Position numbers and translations under genes: made by a program
NCBI GenBank assembly: GCA_036514555.1
Contig: DATBWY010000078.1
Coordinates: 1 to 24,599 of the forward strand
DNA length: 24,599 nt
Origin: Candidatus Subteraquimicrobiales bacterium
GTDB lineage: Bacteria > Actinomycetota > Aquicultoria > Subteraquimicrobiales > DATBWY01
Direction of reading: 5' to 3'
The notes under the pieces: model-generated
Databases searched by the model: none
Told to the model about the DNA's origin: nothing
Seen by the model: the letters and a program-made list of their open reading frames with translations, nothing else
In this document: positions 7,821 through 16,000 of the stretch, in pieces
Numbering within the stretch: position 1 is the first letter of the stretch
Layout: each line of letters starts with the position of its first letter

Positions 7821-8627
7821 GTGCTAGATAAAATCCTGGCAATTATTGGCGCCGGAGTGATGGGGGAAGCGTTGCTCAAAGGTCTAATTTCTTCTCAAGC
7901 TCTGAACCCAGAAAGCATAATCGTAAGCGATACTCGTGAATCTAGACGCTCTGAACTTCAAAAAGTTTATGGGGTTAAGGTCGCTGAAAGTAACCAGCAA
8001 GCGGTGAAGCAAGCCGATGTAATTATTTTGGCGGTTAAACCGGCAGGAATTGATGAGGTTCTTGACGAAATTACCTCTGTGGTTACAAACCGGCAGATAC
8101 TAATTTCGATCGCGGCCGGAATAAGCACGGAGCACATTTTAAGTAGGATTGGCAAGAAAATTCCGCTGGTTAGGGTAATGCCAAACTCGTGTGCCTTAGT
8201 GCAGCAATCTACCTCAGTTATCAGCGTGAGTGCTGTTGCCTCAACGGAGGCTAAAAATTTAGCGGCGAAAATTTTTTCCAGCCTGGGGGAGGTGATTTTT
8301 TTAGAGGAAAAGTATCAAAACGAAGCCACTGCGTTAAGTGGTTCCGGTCCTGCTTATTTTTACCTGTTTGCGGAAGCTCTCATTGATGCTGGAGTTAAAG
8401 CGGGTCTGGCCAGAAACATTTCATCCAAGCTCGTGGTGGGAACGTTAGTTGGTGCTGGAAAAATGCTAAAAGAGACCGGGAAACATCCTGCTCTACTACG
8501 GGACATGGTAGCGTCGCCTGGAGGAACTACCATGGCAGCGGTGGAAGCTTTCGAAAAAGCAGGTTTCAGAGCGGGGGTTTTTCAGGCAGTAGAAGCGGCT
8601 ATTGAACGAGCCCGAGAGTTAGGGTAA
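7821..8627 (+). CDS. proC: Pyrroline-5-carboxylate reductase
   Basis: IIGAGVMG, ILAVKP, ISIAAG, RVMPN, TALSGSGPAY, VASPGGTT. GTG 7821 behind GGAG preferred; ATG 7809 is an alternative start. Confidence 0.95.
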   Translation: MLDKILAIIGAGVMGEALLKGLISSQALNPESIIVSDTRESRRSELQKVYGVKVAESNQQAVKQADVIILAVKPAGIDEVLDEITSVVTNRQILISIAAGISTEHILSRIGKKIPLVRVMPNSCALVQQSTSVISVSAVASTEAKNLAAKIFSSLGEVIFLEEKYQNEATALSGSGPAYFYLFAEALIDAGVKAGLARNISSKLVVGTLVGAGKMLKETGKHPALLRDMVASPGGTTMAAVEAFEKAGFRAGVFQAVEAAIERARELG

Positions 8628-8662
8628 ATTTTGTCTTAAATTCTGTTTGTGAGGAACGCGGA

Positions 8663-8959
8663 GTGCTTGTAAGTGTAGTCAGTTTAGTGAGATTTTTATT
8701 CGAAATTTATTTTTGGTTGCTTCTTATTCGGATAATACTTTCTTGGTTTCCCGTGGTTCCGCGCAGCGAATTATCACAGTCGCTTTTGAATTTCTTATAT
8801 GAGGTTACTGAGCCCTACTTAGGACTGTTTAGACGAATTCTTCCGATGGTATCGTTGGGCGGCGCCGGTATAGATTTTTCTCCCATAGTTGCTATAATCG
8901 TTTTAAGATTAATTGAACGGGCCGTTCTAACTCTCATTGTTTTTGGGTTTAGATTTTAA
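8663..8959 (+). CDS. yggT: YggT family membrane protein
   Basis: IRIILSWFP, VTEPYL-x2-FRR-x-LP, GIDFSPIVA. Hydrophobic 98-aa protein in dcw-cluster context. Confidence 0.92.
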   Translation: MLVSVVSLVRFLFEIYFWLLLIRIILSWFPVVPRSELSQSLLNFLYEVTEPYLGLFRRILPMVSLGGAGIDFSPIVAIIVLRLIERAVLTLIVFGFRF

Positions 8960-9062
8960 AAGTAGCAGCAAAAGCAGTAAATTATCGAAAAATTTCGAAG
9001 GACTAAGGAAAAATTGCCGTAACTATTTTACTAATTTTTTTAAACCTGGGAGGAGGAAAAAA

Positions 9063-9686
9063 ATGAGACTCACGCCACTCGACATTCATCACAAAGAATT
9101 TCGCAGGTCCCTTAGAGGTTACAACGAAGAAGAGGTGGATGCTTTCTTAGACGAGATAGCGGCAGAGTTCGAGCGTTTTTTTAAAGAAAACGTTGAATTT
9201 AAAGAGAAGTTTCAGAATTTTCAAGAAAAAATTGACCAATATGAGAATATCGAGCAGACGTTGCAAAATACTCTGATTACGGCCCAAAAGTCAGCTGATG
9301 AGATTCAAGGTAACGCCAGGAAAGAGGCCGAACTTAACGTTAGAGACGCTCAGCTTCGGGCGAGAGAAGTTATCCGGGAAGCCGAAAAGGAGCGAGAGAC
9401 CATCCAGCGGGCGATAAACAGCCTTAAGCAGGCTGAAGAGGAATTTCGTCTCAAGTTCCGGTCTCAACTGGAGTCTTACTTAGGTTTGGTGGATGAAATT
9501 GAGAACCAAACCAGAGGGCAATTGGCCCGGGAAGAAATCAAAGAGCATGAGAAACAAGATCAGAAAAAGCTGAAAAAAGACAAAAAGAAGGCTCCTTTTG
9601 TGCCAACAGAGGTCCAGGAGATGGAACAGAACCGCCCGCCTCTTCATGCTGCTGACAGAAAGAATCTCAAAGAAGAGTTGAACTAA
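9063..9686 (+). CDS. divIVA: DivIVA / Wag31-like cell polarity protein
   Basis: MRLTPLDIHHKEF-x4-RGYNEEEVDAFLD then a long coiled coil. ATG 9063 follows GGAGGAGG; the track start 8937 is an overextension. Confidence 0.93.
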   Translation: MRLTPLDIHHKEFRRSLRGYNEEEVDAFLDEIAAEFERFFKENVEFKEKFQNFQEKIDQYENIEQTLQNTLITAQKSADEIQGNARKEAELNVRDAQLRAREVIREAEKERETIQRAINSLKQAEEEFRLKFRSQLESYLGLVDEIENQTRGQLAREEIKEHEKQDQKKLKKDKKKAPFVPTEVQEMEQNRPPLHAADRKNLKEELN

Positions 9687-9761
9687 AATATGGGTGAACA
9701 CCACTGGGCTTGACAACAAATTACCCGGTGACAATTTAAGGCCTGGCTGTAATGTTTGAGT

Positions 9762-9786
9762 AAAGCCCCGCCTAGCGGGGCTTTTT
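9762..9786 (+). terminator. Intrinsic terminator after divIVA
   Basis: Perfect inverted repeat AAAGCCCCGC-cta-GCGGGGCTTT followed by further Ts. Confidence 0.85.
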
Positions 9787-9794
9787 GATACAAT
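9786..9794 (+). promoter_or_regulatory. Extended -10 promoter candidate for ileS
   Basis: TG-A-TACAAT overlapping the terminator T tract, about 120 nt upstream of ileS. Confidence 0.5.
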
Positions 9795-9914
9795 CTTAAT
9801 TTATTGGCACGCTTCCTTAAAGTTGGGGAGCAATTCTTGGCGAGCAAGACAGACTATGCTTTGGCCACTTGAGCTCACGTCTACCATTGGCGGGGCGTCC
9901 GCGCGAGGAAGAAA

Positions 9915-12704
9915 ATGGCTTACAAGGAGACCTTAAATCTCCCAAAAACGACCTTTCCTATGAAGGCAAACCTTTCCCAGAAAGAGCCGGAGACTCTCAA
10001 ATTTTGGGAAGATAACAACATTTACAGCTTGGTCGCAAAAAAAAATTGGGGAAAACCTTCTTTTGTTCTCCATGACGGGCCCCCTTATGCTAATGGCGAT
10101 ATTCACCTGGGTCATACCCTAAATAAGGTGCTCAAGGATATTATTGTCAAATACAAAACTTTGCGGGGTTATTTTTCGCCCTTTGTGCCGGGATGGGATT
10201 GTCACGGCCAGCCCATTGAATACGAAGTCGAGAAGAAGTTAGAACTCAAAAAGGCGGACTTAAGTGCCGAAGAATTTCGGAAGATGTGCAAAGATTACGC
10301 GCTTCTATTTGTTGAGCGCCAAAAAGAGCAGTTTAAAAGGCTAGGTGTACGAGGAGATTGGGACAGACCCTATTTAACTCTTGATTTTGATTATGAGGCG
10401 ACTAACGTCAAAGTTTTTGGAGAACTTTACCAGAAAGGAATGATTTACAAGGGTAAAAAACCGATTCACTGGTGCTATCACTGTCAAACGGCGCTGGCCG
10501 AAGCGGAAATTGAATATGAAGACGAAGAATCCCCCTCCATATACCTTAAATTTCAAATAAAAAATAATCCTTCCTTCTTAGGCGGTTATCCCGAGCCTAA
10601 AAGCTTTCTAATTTGGACAACAACTCCCTGGACTCTGCCGGCCAATGTAGCGGTGGCTCTTCATCCGGACACCCCTTACGCGCTTGTCCGGGTGGGTAAG
10701 GAAATATACATCCTGGCCGAAAATCTTTTAACCTCCGTTTTTACGGAACTAGGGATAAAAGGGTCCAAAGTATTAAAGACCTTTAAGGGGAGGGAATTTG
10801 AGAATCTAAAAGTTAAACATCCCCTAAAAGATTTCGATTCCCGAGTGGTCTTGGCGGATTTTGTTGATTTGAATCAAGGAACGGGTTGCGTTCACATTGC
10901 TCCTGGTCACGGCGAAGAAGATTATATAGTTGGTCTAAAATATAACCTTCCGGCTCCGATGCCAGTGGATGATAGAGGATTTTTTACCGATGAAGCGGGC
11001 CAGTTTGGCGGTGTCCATATTTTAAAGGCCAACGATTTGATCATCGAGTATCTCCAAAAAGAGCACCTCCTTCTCAAGACGGCTCAAATTAAGCATTCTT
11101 ATCCCCATTGCTGGCGGTGTAAAAATCCGGTGATATTCAGAGCCACCGAGCAGTGGTTTATCTCGATGGAAAAAGGTGACTTAAGAAGCCGTTCTCTTCA
11201 GGCGGTCCCATCCGTTCAATGGATTCCCGCCTGGAGTGAAAACCGGATTACCGGGATGTTAAACGAAAGGCCTGATTGGTGCCTGTCACGACAGAGGTCC
11301 TGGGGAGTGCCCCTTCCCATCTTCTATTGTAAAAATTGCCACCAAGAACTAGTAACTTCCGAAAGCTTGGAGGTAGTGGAAGAGTTATTTAGAAGAGAAG
11401 GGGCCGATAGTTGGTTCAAAAGGGACGTTAAAGAAATTTTACCCGCCTCAATCAAGTGTTCTTCGTGCGGCCAGGGCCATTTCGTTAAGGAAAACGATAT
11501 CTTAGATGTTTGGTTTGAATCAGGCATCAGCCAGGCCGCGGTTCTTAAAAATCACCCCGAGCTTAAATGGCCGGCCGATCTTTACGTCGAAGGTAGCGAC
11601 CAGCACCGAGGTTGGTTTCAGAGCTCCCTTTTAACCTCAATTGGAACGGATGGCAAACCCCCGTATCATGCCGTGCTTACCCATGGGTTTTTGGTAGACG
11701 AAGAAAAGAGAAAAATGTCTAAGTCTTTAGGCAATGTTATCGATCCTTTACAGGTCATTATGAGCTTGGGGGCGGATATTTTAAGGCTTTGGACGGCGTC
11801 CGCGGATTATACTACTGACATCGCTATCTCGGAAGATATTTTGAGTCAAGTATCAGAGGCCTATCGAAAAATAAGAAACACCTTCCGTTACCTTTTGGGC
11901 AATCTTTATGATTTTGATGTCCGAAAAGATAAGGTCTCATACGACGACTTACAAGAGATAGATAAGTGGGGTCTGCTCAAACTGAACCTTCTCTTAAAAC
12001 AAGTAACCCAATTCTATGAGTCGTACCAATTTTACAAGGTATACCAGGCTATCTACAATTTTTGCGTAATTGACCTTAGCGGTTTTTATCTTGATGTCCT
12101 CAAGGACAGACTATATACATCCGTTCCCGACTCTTTGGAACGGCGTTCGGCACAGACGGTACTTTTTGAAATTTTAACCAGCTTGGTGAAGATTGTTTCA
12201 CCCATTATTACTTTTTCCACCGAAGAAGTTTGGCAACACTTGCCGGAAGAAGCGAAGGAGGAAATTAGCGTGGAGCTTTGCTCCTGGCCGGAGGAGAACG
12301 AAAAATATTTTGATAAAGTTCTGGACGAAAAATGGAAGAAATTTCTGCTTGTTAGAGAAGAAGTTTTAAAAGCGCTTGAGCTTGCCAGAGAACAAAAGGT
12401 AATTGGTAATTCCTTAGAGGCTCGAGTTAACATTTATGCCGGATCAAAGTGGTTCTCGTTCCTCGAAAGCTTCCAGGAAGTGCTCCCTACCTTGTTTATC
12501 GTTTCCCAAGTGGCATTGGAGGATATGGCAAACGCTCCGGCTGAGGCCTTAAAGGCCGGAGAGCTGGAAATAAAAATAGCAGTTCAAAGCGCTTTAGGAG
12601 AAAAATGCGAACGTTGCTGGAATTACCGGGAAAGTGTCGGTGAAAATCTTGAACATAAAAATTTATGTTCGCAGTGTTTAGATGCCATCAAAGATAGAGT
12701 CTAA
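9915..12704 (+). CDS. ileS: Isoleucine--tRNA ligase, type 1
   Basis: LHDGPPYANG-x-IHLGH (HIGH), PGWDCHG, WTTTPWTLP editing domain, EGSDQHRGWF, KMSKS, C-terminal CERCW...CSQC Zn finger. Confidence 0.98.
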   Translation: MAYKETLNLPKTTFPMKANLSQKEPETLKFWEDNNIYSLVAKKNWGKPSFVLHDGPPYANGDIHLGHTLNKVLKDIIVKYKTLRGYFSPFVPGWDCHGQPIEYEVEKKLELKKADLSAEEFRKMCKDYALLFVERQKEQFKRLGVRGDWDRPYLTLDFDYEATNVKVFGELYQKGMIYKGKKPIHWCYHCQTALAEAEIEYEDEESPSIYLKFQIKNNPSFLGGYPEPKSFLIWTTTPWTLPANVAVALHPDTPYALVRVGKEIYILAENLLTSVFTELGIKGSKVLKTFKGREFENLKVKHPLKDFDSRVVLADFVDLNQGTGCVHIAPGHGEEDYIVGLKYNLPAPMPVDDRGFFTDEAGQFGGVHILKANDLIIEYLQKEHLLLKTAQIKHSYPHCWRCKNPVIFRATEQWFISMEKGDLRSRSLQAVPSVQWIPAWSENRITGMLNERPDWCLSRQRSWGVPLPIFYCKNCHQELVTSESLEVVEELFRREGADSWFKRDVKEILPASIKCSSCGQGHFVKENDILDVWFESGISQAAVLKNHPELKWPADLYVEGSDQHRGWFQSSLLTSIGTDGKPPYHAVLTHGFLVDEEKRKMSKSLGNVIDPLQVIMSLGADILRLWTASADYTTDIAISEDILSQVSEAYRKIRNTFRYLLGNLYDFDVRKDKVSYDDLQEIDKWGLLKLNLLLKQVTQFYESYQFYKVYQAIYNFCVIDLSGFYLDVLKDRLYTSVPDSLERRSAQTVLFEILTSLVKIVSPIITFSTEEVWQHLPEEAKEEISVELCSWPEENEKYFDKVLDEKWKKFLLVREEVLKALELAREQKVIGNSLEARVNIYAGSKWFSFLESFQEVLPTLFIVSQVALEDMANAPAEALKAGELEIKIAVQSALGEKCERCWNYRESVGENLEHKNLCSQCLDAIKDRV

Positions 12705-12706
12705 TT

Positions 12707-12733
12707 TTGAAATTAAATTTTAAGTGATATAAT
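12707..12733 (+). promoter_or_regulatory. Promoter for the dksA-like gene / lspA / rluA
   Basis: Perfect extended -10 TG-A-TATAAT (12725-12733). TTGAAA at 12707-12712 is only 15 nt away. Confidence 0.65.
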
Positions 12734-12811
12734 TAGCTCTTAGCGCGGATTCAACTGGTGTTTATCTGCTGGATGAAGACTCTGCTTTTATGTATTCAAG
12801 GGGGAAGTATT

Positions 12812-13186
12812 GTGGACCAGAAAAAGCTGAAATTTTTTAAAGAAAGATTGTTAAAAGAGAAAGCTCGGTTGGAAAAGGATATAAAAGAAATTGAGATCGG
12901 CATAGTGGACAATACCCAATCCGAATTTAGTGGCGAAAACTCCTATGAAGACAATTTCGCCGATATTGGCACGGCCACTTTCGAGAGAGAGCGCGATCTT
13001 TCTTTGGAACGTAATACCAAAGATATTCTGGGTCGAGTAAATCAAGCTCTCGAAAAGATGAGCAAGGGTACCTACGGTGTTTGCGCCCACTGTGGCGATG
13101 AGATAGATCCCGCCCGCTTAAAGGCTCTACCCTATGTTGATCTCTGTATAAAGTGCAAAAAGAAAGAGGAAGCAGAAAGCTGGTAA
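12812..13186 (+). CDS. DksA/TraR C4 zinc-finger protein (YteA-like)
   Basis: Coiled coil with DNFADIGTATFERERDLSL and CAHC...RL-x-ALP-x3-LCIKC. GTG 12812 follows a G-rich SD. Confidence 0.9.
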   Translation: MDQKKLKFFKERLLKEKARLEKDIKEIEIGIVDNTQSEFSGENSYEDNFADIGTATFERERDLSLERNTKDILGRVNQALEKMSKGTYGVCAHCGDEIDPARLKALPYVDLCIKCKKKEEAESW

Positions 13187-13229
13187 CTTGTCGTAATTTC
13201 TCTAAAATGTCACTTGGTGAGGCAGCCAG

Positions 13230-13670
13230 TTGATTTTCCCGGCCACGATTATTTTAGTTATTCTTCTCGATTTTTTAAGTAAAACCATTGTCCGCGAAAC
13301 CTTCAAGCCCGAGCAGACCGTTCCCATCATAAAAAATGTTTTCCATCTTACCTACGTCAGGAATTCCGGGGGGGCTTTTGGTCTCTTTTCCGGACAGCAA
13401 GCCCTTTTTATACTCATTTCCTTGATAGCAATCCTGCTTCTTAGCGGTTATTATTATCTCGGCCGGCCCCAAAAAAAATTTCTCCAAATGGCTTTAGGAT
13501 TTAGCGTCGGAGGAACTCTTGGGAATCTAATTGACCGCCTCTTGAATGTCACGGTTACCGACTTTTTAGATTTTCGTGTTTGGCCCGTATTTAATGTGGC
13601 CGATGTCGCGATCGTATTCGGGTTCCTTCTTCTCATCTTGGAATTGCTGAAAAGTATTCGGGAGCCTTAA
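13230..13670 (+). CDS. lspA: Lipoprotein signal peptidase II
   Basis: DFLSK, N-x-GGAFG, GG-x-LGNLIDR, V-x-DFLD, FNVAD. TTG start with GAGG SD. Confidence 0.95.
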   Translation: MIFPATIILVILLDFLSKTIVRETFKPEQTVPIIKNVFHLTYVRNSGGAFGLFSGQQALFILISLIAILLLSGYYYLGRPQKKFLQMALGFSVGGTLGNLIDRLLNVTVTDFLDFRVWPVFNVADVAIVFGFLLLILELLKSIREP

Positions 13671-13736
13671 GGTCACACGGTTTTAATTTTCGGTCGGCAA
13701 GATTGGGGCTCGAAATTCGAAATTCAAAGGGTTAAA

Positions 13737-14687
13737 GTGAGCGAACGAAGACACGAACGGCAAGTTGACGTCGAAAGTATCAATTTGCGGCTGGATCAGT
13801 TTTTAACCAAGCAACCAGAGATCTCCTCACGCGCCTTTGCCCAACGGCTGATCGCCGGGGGGCATGTATCCGTTAACAACAAAAAATCAAACAAACACTA
13901 TCATCTCAAGGAAGGAGACAAAGTCTTTTTTAAAATTCCTGCCGCCTTTGGGAAGGCCTTGATTCCCGAGACTTTGCCTCTTGATGTGCGTTATGAAGAC
14001 AAAGACCTTCTTATACTTTCAAAACCGCCGCATATGGTCGTTCATCCGGTTTCTCCGGCGCAAAAAGGAACTTTAGTCCATGCTTTGCTGGCGTATTCTA
14101 AAGATTTTGTGAAGATGACGGGGCACGAGGGCGACGAGATGTTAAGACCGGGAATTGTTCACCGTTTAGATAAAAACACTTCCGGTCTGATGATAGTTGC
14201 CAAGCACGAGCAATCAAAGCTCGCCTTGGTGCAGGCCATAAAAAACCGCGAAGTTAGACGGGGGTATTTAGCGCTCGTCCATGGATCAGTAGAGATGGAT
14301 TCGGGTACGATTGATGTTCCTTTAGGTAAAGGGTATCGGGACCGAACCAGAGTGACGATTGCCGGCAGAGCGAGTCAAAAAGCGGTCACCCACTTCAAAG
14401 TGAAAAAGCGTTTTGACAAACATACATTACTCCAGATAGATCTAGAAACGGGAAGAACCCATCAAATTCGGGTTCACCTCCGGTATATCGGGCATCCGGT
14501 GGTTGGGGATCAAGAATACGGTTATAAAAATAAAAAAAGGGAATCAAGAGGGGAGCTAGAACTTGATAGGCAATTTTTGCACGCTTATCGCCTAAGCTTT
14601 AAGCATCCTATAACAGGTCAAGAACTTACTTTCACCGACGAGCTACCCCGAGATTTAAAAAAGGCGCTTGACGAGTTAAGCTCTTGA
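13737..14687 (+). CDS. RluA-family (RluD-like) 23S rRNA pseudouridine synthase
   Basis: N-terminal S4-like RLDQFL, KP-x2-MVVHP, RPGIVHRLDKNTSG (catalytic Asp), TGRTHQIRVH, GHPVVGD, QFLHA. Confidence 0.93.
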   Translation: MSERRHERQVDVESINLRLDQFLTKQPEISSRAFAQRLIAGGHVSVNNKKSNKHYHLKEGDKVFFKIPAAFGKALIPETLPLDVRYEDKDLLILSKPPHMVVHPVSPAQKGTLVHALLAYSKDFVKMTGHEGDEMLRPGIVHRLDKNTSGLMIVAKHEQSKLALVQAIKNREVRRGYLALVHGSVEMDSGTIDVPLGKGYRDRTRVTIAGRASQKAVTHFKVKKRFDKHTLLQIDLETGRTHQIRVHLRYIGHPVVGDQEYGYKNKKRESRGELELDRQFLHAYRLSFKHPITGQELTFTDELPRDLKKALDELSS

Positions 14688-14711
14688 AATTAGGTTTTTC
14701 TGAGGTCTTTG

Positions 14712-15584
14712 ATGAAAGCACTTGTAGTAGTAAACCCGGTTGCCGGCCAAGGACGGACCCTAAAGGTTCTACCTAAAGTCAAGGCTGAGTTTCACAAAGC
14801 GAGCTGCCAAGCCGAGATTTTCCAGACAAAATTTCCGGGGGAAGCCACTTTAGTGGCCAAGAGGGCGGTACGGGAAGGATATGATGCCGTCGTTGCTGTG
14901 GGCGGTGACGGGACTATTTCTGAGATTGTAAATGGTGTTGCCGGTTCAAGCGTTAACTTAGGGGTTATTCCCACCGGAACGGTAGATGTTTTTTCCCGGG
15001 AGATGAAGATTCCATTTCAAGTACACTCGGCGTGTAAAGTAATATTTGAAGGAAAAACAAAAAGAATTGATCTGGGACAGGCTAATAGCCGCTATTTTGT
15101 TTTAGTAGCCGGAGTAGGAATTGATGCCCAGTTGATTAGGGATGTCAGCCCAGAGGTTAAAAGGGTGTTAAAGGATTTAGCCTATCCGTTAACCGGCATA
15201 AAAACTTTGCTGACATACAAGCCCACCCTAATGAAGATAAATTTAAATGGGAAAAGTACTGAAGAGGGTTATTTTGTGGTGGTCGGAAACGCCAGATACT
15301 ACGCTGGAAGATTCAGTATTACTTCAAAAGCGAGCATAAGCGACGGTTTTTTGGATGTTTGCATCTTTAAAAAAGGAAACCTGGGAAGCTTCGTGCGCTA
15401 TATTCAGGGGGTGGTTAGAGGTAAGCACCTTAAGTATTCCGATGTCAAATATGTGAAAGTAAGAGAAGTTTTGATCGAGTCGAGTCATCCCTCTTTGGTT
15501 CAGGCCGATGGAGATCTCATTGGCCAGACCCCAATGAATTTTCGGGTTGCCCCGCGAGCTTTGTCAGTATTCGCCCCAGATTAA
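14712..15584 (+). CDS. Diacylglycerol/lipid kinase family protein (YegS/BmrU-like)
   Basis: VNPVAG, AVGGDGT, IP-x-GT, IDLG, AGVGIDA, GNARYYAG, DGFLDV, QADGD. Confidence 0.9.
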   Translation: MKALVVVNPVAGQGRTLKVLPKVKAEFHKASCQAEIFQTKFPGEATLVAKRAVREGYDAVVAVGGDGTISEIVNGVAGSSVNLGVIPTGTVDVFSREMKIPFQVHSACKVIFEGKTKRIDLGQANSRYFVLVAGVGIDAQLIRDVSPEVKRVLKDLAYPLTGIKTLLTYKPTLMKINLNGKSTEEGYFVVVGNARYYAGRFSITSKASISDGFLDVCIFKKGNLGSFVRYIQGVVRGKHLKYSDVKYVKVREVLIESSHPSLVQADGDLIGQTPMNFRVAPRALSVFAPD

Positions 15585-15632
15585 GAAGAACAAAATTCTT
15601 GAAGTTTGGGTAAACACCCTAACAGGAAAAGG

Positions 15633-15661
15633 TTGACTTAACTAATTGAACTGTATATTAT
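15633..15661 (+). promoter_or_regulatory. Sigma70-type promoter for the bS22-like gene
   Basis: TTGACT (15633-15638), 17-nt spacer, TATTAT (15656-15661). Confidence 0.65.
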
Positions 15662-15710
15662 ATATAAATTGTGTCGTTTAAATCGACAAGTGGCGGAAAC
15701 TTAACGGTTT

Positions 15711-15732
15711 TTTGAGTAAAATTTGAGTAAAA
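15711..15732. repeat. Tandem 11-bp direct repeat (TTTGAGTAAAA)x2
   Basis: Exact duplication at 15711-15721 and 15722-15732. Confidence 0.85.
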
Positions 15733-15790
15733 TCAAAGCTTGAACTTTTTAAGTCGAATTCTTCCGCAATTATGACTAAGAGGTAAAATA

Positions 15791-15883
15791 ATGGGTTCAG
15801 TCCTAAAGAAGCGCCGCAAGAAAATGCGTAAAAAGAAGCACAAGAAATGGCTGAAACGGACCAAATTTAAACGCCGACGTTAA
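15791..15883 (+). CDS. 30S ribosomal protein bS22-like (AURKAIP1/COX24 domain), 30 aa, not in ORF track
   Basis: GAGGT SD and ATG 15791. Translation MGSVLKKRRKKMRKKKHKKWLKRTKFKRRR matches the MGSVIKKRRKRM-x-KKKH-x-KLL pattern of the bS22/mS38 family. Confidence 0.92.
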   Translation: MGSVLKKRRKKMRKKKHKKWLKRTKFKRRR

Positions 15884-16000
15884 TTTGTCTTCGAGAGTTG
15901 ACTATTTGATCCTGAGCACAATTAAAAATTTTGTTTGTCTATCTAGGTCATCTAAGAGCCGACTGTGAGCAGGGCGATAAGCGAGTGAGTCTCGAAAAGG

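Noticed and set aside
9710-9786. TTGACA-driven ~45-nt sRNA ending at the divIVA terminator
   Set aside because: No acceptable -10 at 16-18 nt spacing (GACAAT is only 14 nt away); the terminator is explained by divIVA.
9795-9914. T-box riboswitch or leader peptide before ileS
   Set aside because: No T-box bulge motif near the 3' end; the ATG 9856 uORF has no SD and only one Ile codon.
14971-15530. DAG kinase motif variants (GTVD for GTxN, DGD for DGE) as a sign of inactivation
   Set aside because: These are conservative substitutions in a variable family, and the GGDGT ATP motif is intact.
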